A model generated the notes under the pieces. That model did no database searches. It had not been told where the DNA came from and worked only from the letters and a program-made list of their open reading frames with translations. Positions 15,394 to 20,000 of a stretch of DNA of 20,000 bases are shown piece by piece. The position numbers and the translations under genes were made by a program. How positions within the stretch are numbered: the first letter of the stretch is position 1; every line of letters begins with the position of its first letter. The stretch is from an uncultured virus (IMG/VR IMGVR_UViG_3300025626_000022) (lineage: Duplodnaviria > Heunggongvirae > Uroviricota > Caudoviricetes > Crassvirales), in the IMG/VR virus record IMGVR_UViG_3300025626_000022. One strand, given 5' to 3'.

Positions 15394-15426
15394 TTACAAA
15401 CTAAATACGAACACTAACAGATAATA
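15394..15426 (+). promoter_or_regulatory. 33-bp repeated motif copy 8
   Basis: TTACAAACTAAATACGAACACTAACAGATAATA, ATG 5 nt later (15432). Confidence 0.85.
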
Positions 15427-15431
15427 TTAAT

Positions 15432-15737
15432 ATGAAAGACGACGCAATTGAAAAACTAGCACAACTATTATTTGATAAAATAATGGAAAAGCAAGAACAA
15501 GCTGATATGGAGTATGCAGATCAAATACAAAGCTTAATGAATAATGGCTATGTTGTTAATGATATAACCGACAAACTAGGTATTAACGAAGAAGAAAAAC
15601 TAGTTGGTGAGTTAGCTAAAATGCAAACTATAATGATGATTCTTGAAGACAAAGAAGAATACGAAAAAGCAGCTATAATACTAAAGAAAATAAATACAAT
15701 AAATAGAAAATTAAATAATGGATCAGGAAAATATTAA
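15432..15737 (+). CDS. Hypothetical protein with C-terminal UVR (UvrB/UvrC)-like motif
   Basis: 101 aa; EDKEEYEKAAIILKKI matches the EdYEkAa.lrd.i UVR pattern. Confidence 0.6.
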   Translation: MKDDAIEKLAQLLFDKIMEKQEQADMEYADQIQSLMNNGYVVNDITDKLGINEEEKLVGELAKMQTIMMILEDKEEYEKAAIILKKINTINRKLNNGSGKY

Positions 15738-16563
15738 AGCTATGCTAGCGCATAAATACAATGAAGATAAAGCAGATTATCCTGCATTTATCCAACCTAA
15801 ACTAGATGGCGTACGCTGTTTATTCACTGCAAAAGGCGCTGTATCTCGTGCTAACAATCAATTTATGAATGTACAGCATATAGAACAAGCTCTAAAGCCT
15901 TTCTTTGCAAAGAATCCTACAGCTATTCTTGACGGCGAATTATACAATCATGGTCTAAAAGATGACTTTGAAAAGATTATATCTCTTGTTAAAAAGAGAA
16001 AGCCAACAGATGCTGATAGAGCTGAAGCTAAAGAACTAGTACAATACCATATGTATGACGTAGTTAGTATGAAAATAGCTACTTATGTAGATAGAAACTT
16101 ATTTTTACTAGCTGAACCATCTTTTAGAAACAGCTCTATATTAGAAGTTACTTCTACTAGATTAGCTACAGATTTTGATGATGCACAAAGGTTTCATGCT
16201 AAAAACCTTAAACTAGGTTACGAAGGTTCTATATATAGAACACCGTCTGGCAAGTACAAAGGTACAAGATCATGGGATCTTATGAAGTTTAAAGACTTTC
16301 ACGATGCAGAAGCTACAATTATTGGTTATGAAATAGGTAAAGGTAAGCGTGAAGGTACACTAGGTAAGTTTATTATGCAAGATTATGAAGGTAATAAGTT
16401 TGGCTGTCCTCCAGGTAAAGGCTACAACTACAAAGACTTAGCTAATATGCTAGAAAATATACACGACTACATTGGTCAGTATGCTACATTTACATACTTC
16501 GAACGAACTAAAGCAGGTAGTTACAGACATCCACATTACAAAGCAATACGTAACTATGAGTGA
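15718..16563 (+). CDS. lig: ATP-dependent DNA ligase
   Basis: 281 aa; motif I QPKLDGVR, LDGELY, YHMYD, GYEGSIYR, YKGTRS.DLMKFK, OB-fold C-terminus ending RHP.Y..IR. Confidence 0.93.
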   Translation: MDQENIKAMLAHKYNEDKADYPAFIQPKLDGVRCLFTAKGAVSRANNQFMNVQHIEQALKPFFAKNPTAILDGELYNHGLKDDFEKIISLVKKRKPTDADRAEAKELVQYHMYDVVSMKIATYVDRNLFLLAEPSFRNSSILEVTSTRLATDFDDAQRFHAKNLKLGYEGSIYRTPSGKYKGTRSWDLMKFKDFHDAEATIIGYEIGKGKREGTLGKFIMQDYEGNKFGCPPGKGYNYKDLANMLENIHDYIGQYATFTYFERTKAGSYRHPHYKAIRNYE

Positions 16564-16726
16564 TTATGAAGCAACGGGTTTAGCTGAAGGTTTTATATCA
16601 GCTGAATCAGAAGAACAAGTAATAGATGCTTGGCAGCATTTACACGATACTGGTCTTGCATATAAATTGCAAGGCTGGTTTGGTAGAACAGCACAAAACT
16701 TATTAAAACAAGGAATAATACAATGA
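16556..16726 (+). CDS. Small phage hypothetical protein (WQ.L.D.G....LQGWFGRTA motif)
   Basis: 56 aa from ATG 16556 (MSDYEATGLAEG...), which overlaps the ligase end by 8 nt; more plausible than the TTG start at 16472. Confidence 0.75.
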   Translation: MSDYEATGLAEGFISAESEEQVIDAWQHLHDTGLAYKLQGWFGRTAQNLLKQGIIQ

Positions 16727-16875
16727 GTGATCCAATAAGTTATATGCCTTGGTTGGTGAAAAAAAACAACAACGACCCTTATCAATGTTTAATATGCTCA
16801 GAGTCAATGGATAAAGTTGACTTTGATTTCTGCGACATATGTCCAGACTGTTTAGACGAGGAAGGTTATATTTAA
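16723..16875 (+). CDS. Small zinc-ribbon protein (50 aa)
   Basis: Manual translation MSDPISYMPWLVKKNNNDPYQCLICSESMDKVDFDFCDICPDCLDEEGYI*; CxxC...CxxCxxC; ATGA-coupled. Confidence 0.7.
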   Translation: MSDPISYMPWLVKKNNNDPYQCLICSESMDKVDFDFCDICPDCLDEEGYI

Positions 16876-16884
16876 AAAAAAAAT

Positions 16885-17004
16885 ATGAGAAGACTAATAT
16901 ATGACATGTTTTATGCTGATGAGATCAGCGAAGACGTAGCTTACAAGCTAATAGAAAAATTAAATAAAATAAGAGACAAGACTAAATATAGTTGGGAACG
17001 ATGA
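16885..17004 (+). CDS. Hypothetical protein (39 aa)
   Basis: MRRLIYDMFYADEISEDVAYKLIEKLNKIRDKTKYSWER*; ATGA-coupled to next ORF. Confidence 0.6.
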   Translation: MRRLIYDMFYADEISEDVAYKLIEKLNKIRDKTKYSWER

Positions 17005-17171
17005 GAGAATTACTTAAAAAAAGAAGATGCTTATCACATAGAAAATATGTCTCACAACGCATGGCTCAGCTACAAAATGAGCTATGCCAAGAGGCTATTG
17101 AAACTGGTATAGTTAACTTAGAAAAAAGAAAACAATTATTAAAATATAAACATCATTTAAAAAACTTATGA
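17001..17171 (+). CDS. Hypothetical basic protein (56 aa)
   Basis: MRELLKKRRCLSHRKYVSQRMAQLQNELCQEAIETGIVNLEKRKQLLKYKHHLKNL*; ATGA overlaps at both ends. Confidence 0.6.
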   Translation: MRELLKKRRCLSHRKYVSQRMAQLQNELCQEAIETGIVNLEKRKQLLKYKHHLKNL

Positions 17172-17269
17172 AAAAAGAATTATTAGAAAAAATTAAAGAA
17201 CAAATAAAATTAGAAATTTTATATTATGAGATGCTAGGGGTGACACATGGTATTAAAGAAATAGAGTAA
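17168..17269 (+). CDS. Putative 33-aa peptide
   Basis: MKKELLEKIKEQIKLEILYYEMLGVTHGIKEIE*; ATGA-coupled. Confidence 0.45.
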   Translation: MKKELLEKIKEQIKLEILYYEMLGVTHGIKEIE

Positions 17270-17283
17270 GGGGCAAATGTCAC
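17238..17283. promoter_or_regulatory. Second copy of GTGACA-N32-TGTCAC site overlapping start of HTH gene
   Basis: GGGTGACA at 17238-17245; TAAGGGGCAAATGTCAC 17267-17283 matches 9431-9447 at 16/17; identical 44-bp span. Confidence 0.65.
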
Positions 17284-17903
17284 ACCGAGATTTAAAATAC
17301 TTAAATAATAATAGAATAATATACCGTAGGTATTCTTCAGATATACCAACATCTAGCCATAGTTGGGGTTGGTACTATGCTAAAGGTACTTATGGTTATT
17401 ATGCTTTGTTTAATAATAAAGCAAAAATAAATACTATAAGATCGTTAAAGTGGCATTTATTAACACTATGGTATTTAAATCCTAATCTTGATAAAAATAA
17501 ATTTGAACAACTTGCAGAATATATAATATACAAAGCAAATGGTTTTGTTACTTTTAATATTGGTCAAAAATTAATAAATAAAGTTGTTGAAGACGTATTT
17601 AATCAAGACCTTGATACCCCACCTAAAAATAGACTACGTAAAATAGTTTTTAAAGATTCTAGTGGCTTACTTGCAATAGAGAAATTGCAAATAGTAGGTA
17701 GAATAATAGGACAAGCAAAAGGGATTAAAGAAGATGATATATATGAAGCAATGCTTTATATAAACGAAGAAAAAATAATTACAATAAATAGAATAGCTAA
17801 AGCGTTGAAATGCACTAAAAGAACTATTTATAGACACATGAGTGAAGAGCTTAAAAAAGAAAAACAATTATTAAATAAAGAATATGAAAAAGATAATATT
17901 TAG
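17277..17903 (+). CDS. DNA-binding protein with C-terminal helix-turn-helix
   Basis: 208 aa, basic; C-terminal ITINRIAKALKCTKRTIYRHM is a clear HTH pattern. Confidence 0.75.
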   Translation: MSHRDLKYLNNNRIIYRRYSSDIPTSSHSWGWYYAKGTYGYYALFNNKAKINTIRSLKWHLLTLWYLNPNLDKNKFEQLAEYIIYKANGFVTFNIGQKLINKVVEDVFNQDLDTPPKNRLRKIVFKDSSGLLAIEKLQIVGRIIGQAKGIKEDDIYEAMLYINEEKIITINRIAKALKCTKRTIYRHMSEELKKEKQLLNKEYEKDNI

Positions 17904-18189
17904 TATAACTACCTTACTAGTACTGACGTCTAGTTCTGTTAACATGCAAAGAGGAAATTGGGTAAATATATATTGTAGAGCAGATTTAAATAAATGCGTA
18001 TACAACCTTACTCAATTAAAATCATGGTTAGAAAGTGATTATAAAGAAGGTAAAATATCTTCTAAAATATATGATGAATACTTTGTAGCAATAGATAATA
18101 CTACAAGAGGTTTACAGATGTTAATTAAAGACGAAGGTCAGTGTGACACTACAGATTACAAAGTAAAAAAGCTAAAATACAGTAAATGA
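17884..18189 (+). CDS. Hypothetical exported protein; paralogue of 11308..11568
   Basis: MKKIIFSITTLLVLTSS signal-like N-terminus; NLTQLKSWLESDYKEGKIS core. Confidence 0.7.
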   Translation: MKKIIFSITTLLVLTSSSVNMQRGNWVNIYCRADLNKCVYNLTQLKSWLESDYKEGKISSKIYDEYFVAIDNTTRGLQMLIKDEGQCDTTDYKVKKLKYSK

Positions 18190-18944
18190 AAAAATACAAT
18201 ATAAAAAACTACATAAGATATAAAGAAGAAGTAAAGGTTCTAATTAGCAATATAGAAATAAAAGACTTTATCGAATATACTGATGATGAGTTAAAAATTA
18301 TATTTCTTCCTTTAGTAGAAAATGTAGCTAGAAAATTTTCAACAGCTCAAGAAGCTTCAGGAGTTATGTCTATATTAGATTTAATTCAAGAAGGATCTTT
18401 GCAACTATGTAAAGCTGTAGATAAACTAGATAGAGAAAAACTATCAAATTCTGAAGACAAATCAAAATCTTTAAAATCTTTTTTTGCTAAGCGAATACGT
18501 GGAGGTATAAGAAGAGAAATAGATAAGAATAGAGCTCAAATGAGAATACCAGAGCATAAGCTTAACGAAATAAGAAAAGATGGAGGTAAAGATAAGAAAA
18601 TGGTTGAAATGTTTTTTAATTCTATGTTTTTAAGTATAGACACTAAACCATACAATGATGAAGATATGATATATCAAATACCTGATAAATCAGATCCATA
18701 CAATGAAACACTGCTTAATGCTTATATATTAAGTTTATTAAATAAACATCTAACTTCTGATGAAGTGTTTGTTTTAAATAAAAGCTATGGCCTTGATGGA
18801 GAAAAGTGGTCTGCTAATGAAATAGCTAAGGCTTTAGAAATAAAAGGTATCTCTGCTTATGTAAGAGTATCAGAGATTAAAAAACAAGCAGTACAAAAAC
18901 TTATAGACAATGTAGATCACTCGCAAGTGATTGATTATCTGTAA
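18186..18944 (+). CDS. Phage-encoded RNA polymerase sigma-70-family factor
   Basis: 252 aa; region 2 LPLVENVARKF...DLIQEGSLQLCKAVDKLD...KRIRGGIRREI...MRIPEH; region 4 LTSDEVFVLNKSYGLDG...EIAKAL...RVSEIKKQAVQKL. Confidence 0.88.
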   Translation: MKKYNIKNYIRYKEEVKVLISNIEIKDFIEYTDDELKIIFLPLVENVARKFSTAQEASGVMSILDLIQEGSLQLCKAVDKLDREKLSNSEDKSKSLKSFFAKRIRGGIRREIDKNRAQMRIPEHKLNEIRKDGGKDKKMVEMFFNSMFLSIDTKPYNDEDMIYQIPDKSDPYNETLLNAYILSLLNKHLTSDEVFVLNKSYGLDGEKWSANEIAKALEIKGISAYVRVSEIKKQAVQKLIDNVDHSQVIDYL

Positions 18945-18974
18945 ATTAACAAATAAATATGTAATTATATATAT

Positions 18975-19532
18975 ATGACAATAAACCAAAAATTAACCCA
19001 AATTCAAACGAAGTTTAAATCGAAAAAGAGTAGATTTAACTCATTCGGCAAGTATTATTTCCGATCTGCCGAAGACATCCTAGAAGCAACAAAGCCCTTT
19101 TTAAAGGAGTTAGATGTATCAGTTACGATTAAAGAAGAATTAATTTCTTATGATCCACCTGTTATGCAGGTTACTGCTAGATTATCTAATGGCGAAGAAG
19201 AAAAAGGTACAGGTAGTAATAAATCTGTTACAGCTGTAGCTATTGTAGGTGTTGACTTAGATCAGAAAGGTATGCAAATGCCACAGAGATATGGTGCAGC
19301 AAGTTCTTATGGTAAGAAATATGCACTAGGTAATTTGTTTTTAATCGACGATACGCAAGATGCAGATGCAACTAACTCTCACGGTAAAAAACAAACAATT
19401 ACTCAAGCAGCTATATCAACAGCTCAATTACTTAAAGCTAAAGAATATGTTAAAAGCGGCGGTAAGTTAGATGCTATAAAATCTAAATATAAATTAACGA
19501 AAGAGCAAGAAAAAGAGTTAGCTACATTATGA
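18975..19532 (+). CDS. erf: ERF-family single-strand annealing protein
   Basis: 185 aa; NSFGKYYFRSAEDILEA.KP, Q..GAASSYGKKYALGNLFLIDDTQDAD ERF signature. Confidence 0.88.
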   Translation: MTINQKLTQIQTKFKSKKSRFNSFGKYYFRSAEDILEATKPFLKELDVSVTIKEELISYDPPVMQVTARLSNGEEEKGTGSNKSVTAVAIVGVDLDQKGMQMPQRYGAASSYGKKYALGNLFLIDDTQDADATNSHGKKQTITQAAISTAQLLKAKEYVKSGGKLDAIKSKYKLTKEQEKELATL

Positions 19533-20000
19533 AAGATAAAAAAGAAATACTAGAGAAGCTGAAAGACGATGAACATTATTATGGTGAGTTTGGCAGAAAC
19601 TTTATATCTAATTCAGATATAAGAACACTGATGACAAATCCACTTGATTTTAAAAAGCCATCTGAACAGTTTCCTCACTTTCTTATTGGAGGTTACTTCC
19701 ACACTGCTATTCTTGAACCAGACAAGATCAAGAATTTTAAAATTGTAGAAGCAAGCTCACGTAATACTAAAGCTTACAAAGAAATAACAAACGGAGAAGT
19801 TTGTTTGTTACAACATGAGGTTGACAAGGTCGAAGCATTGGTTGAGAAGATGATGAACAATAAAGTTTGTCGCGATCTTATACATGCTGAAGGCAATGAG
19901 TTTGAAGTTCCTGGTGTCTGCGAATTAGCAGGTAACTGGTGGAAAGGTAAAGCTGATATTGTTAACCACAGTGAAAAATTAGTTGTTGATTTAAAGACTA
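19529..20000 (+). CDS. PD-(D/E)XK exonuclease, RecE/Exo VIII-like (partial, runs off window end)
   Basis: Manual translation MKDKKEILEKLKDDEHYYG...ISNSDI...IGGYFHTAILEP...EFEVP...WKGKADIVN...VVDLKT; ATGA-coupled to erf. Confidence 0.85.
   Translation, partial: MKDKKEILEKLKDDEHYYGEFGRNFISNSDIRTLMTNPLDFKKPSEQFPHFLIGGYFHTAILEPDKIKNFKIVEASSRNTKAYKEITNGEVCLLQHEVDKVEALVEKMMNNKVCRDLIHAEGNEFEVPGVCELAGNWWKGKADIVNHSEKLVVDLKT

Noticed and set aside
9653..15426. 33-bp repeats as a CRISPR array
   Set aside because: Spacing is about 260-1460 nt and contains whole ORFs, the repeat has a variable internal 9-mer and is not palindromic, and there are no cas genes in the window.
9653..15426. 33-bp repeats as integron attC sites
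   Set aside because: No RYYYAAC...GTTRRRY inverted-repeat structure and no integrase in the window.
16472..16555. TTG start at 16472 for the 84-aa ORF
   Set aside because: It would overlap the ligase by about 90 nt; ATG 16556 gives the usual short overlap.
9889..17867. Minus-strand ORFs 9889..10092, 14385..14621, 16564..16785, 17667..17867
   Set aside because: Antisense to a tightly coupled plus-strand array; their F/L/I-rich composition reflects the A-rich sense strand.
1..20000. Stop-codon reassignment (alternative genetic code)
   Set aside because: Long conserved genes are intact and tightly packed under the standard code, and TAA, TAG and TGA all occur as plausible stops.

Overview
AT-rich segment of a tailed dsDNA phage genome. 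The host is most likely a Bacteroidota (Flavobacteria-like) bacterium, inferred from A-rich, Shine-Dalgarno-free translation starts and gene content. Genes diverge from a non-coding switch region at about 9316-9714. The left arm (minus strand) carries virion/late-type genes: four modular tail-fibre/adaptor genes (two with Peptidase_S74 chaperone C-termini), a small adhesin-like gene, Lys-rich SP-motif proteins, and a phage chaperonin module (hypothetical, groEL, groES, wHTH-like). The right arm (plus strand) is a dense array of about 30 small early-type ORFs followed by an ATP-dependent DNA ligase, an HTH protein, a phage sigma-70-family factor, an ERF annealase and a RecE-like PD-(D/E)XK nuclease. 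The most notable signals are non-coding. (1) Eight copies of a 33-bp motif WTACAAWSTRRAWACGA-N9-GATAATA punctuate the early array, four of them exactly 5 nt before an ATG, which suggests a non-canonical promoter making leaderless mRNAs. (2) A 37-nt RNA hairpin element occurs twice with a compensatory base-pair change, each fused to a start codon. (3) A GTGACA-N32-TGTCAC site is shared by the switch region and the start of the HTH gene. (4) A structured, partly tRNA-like intergenic RNA lies at about 10236-10389. All functional assignments come from motif recognition by eye; no database searches were run.
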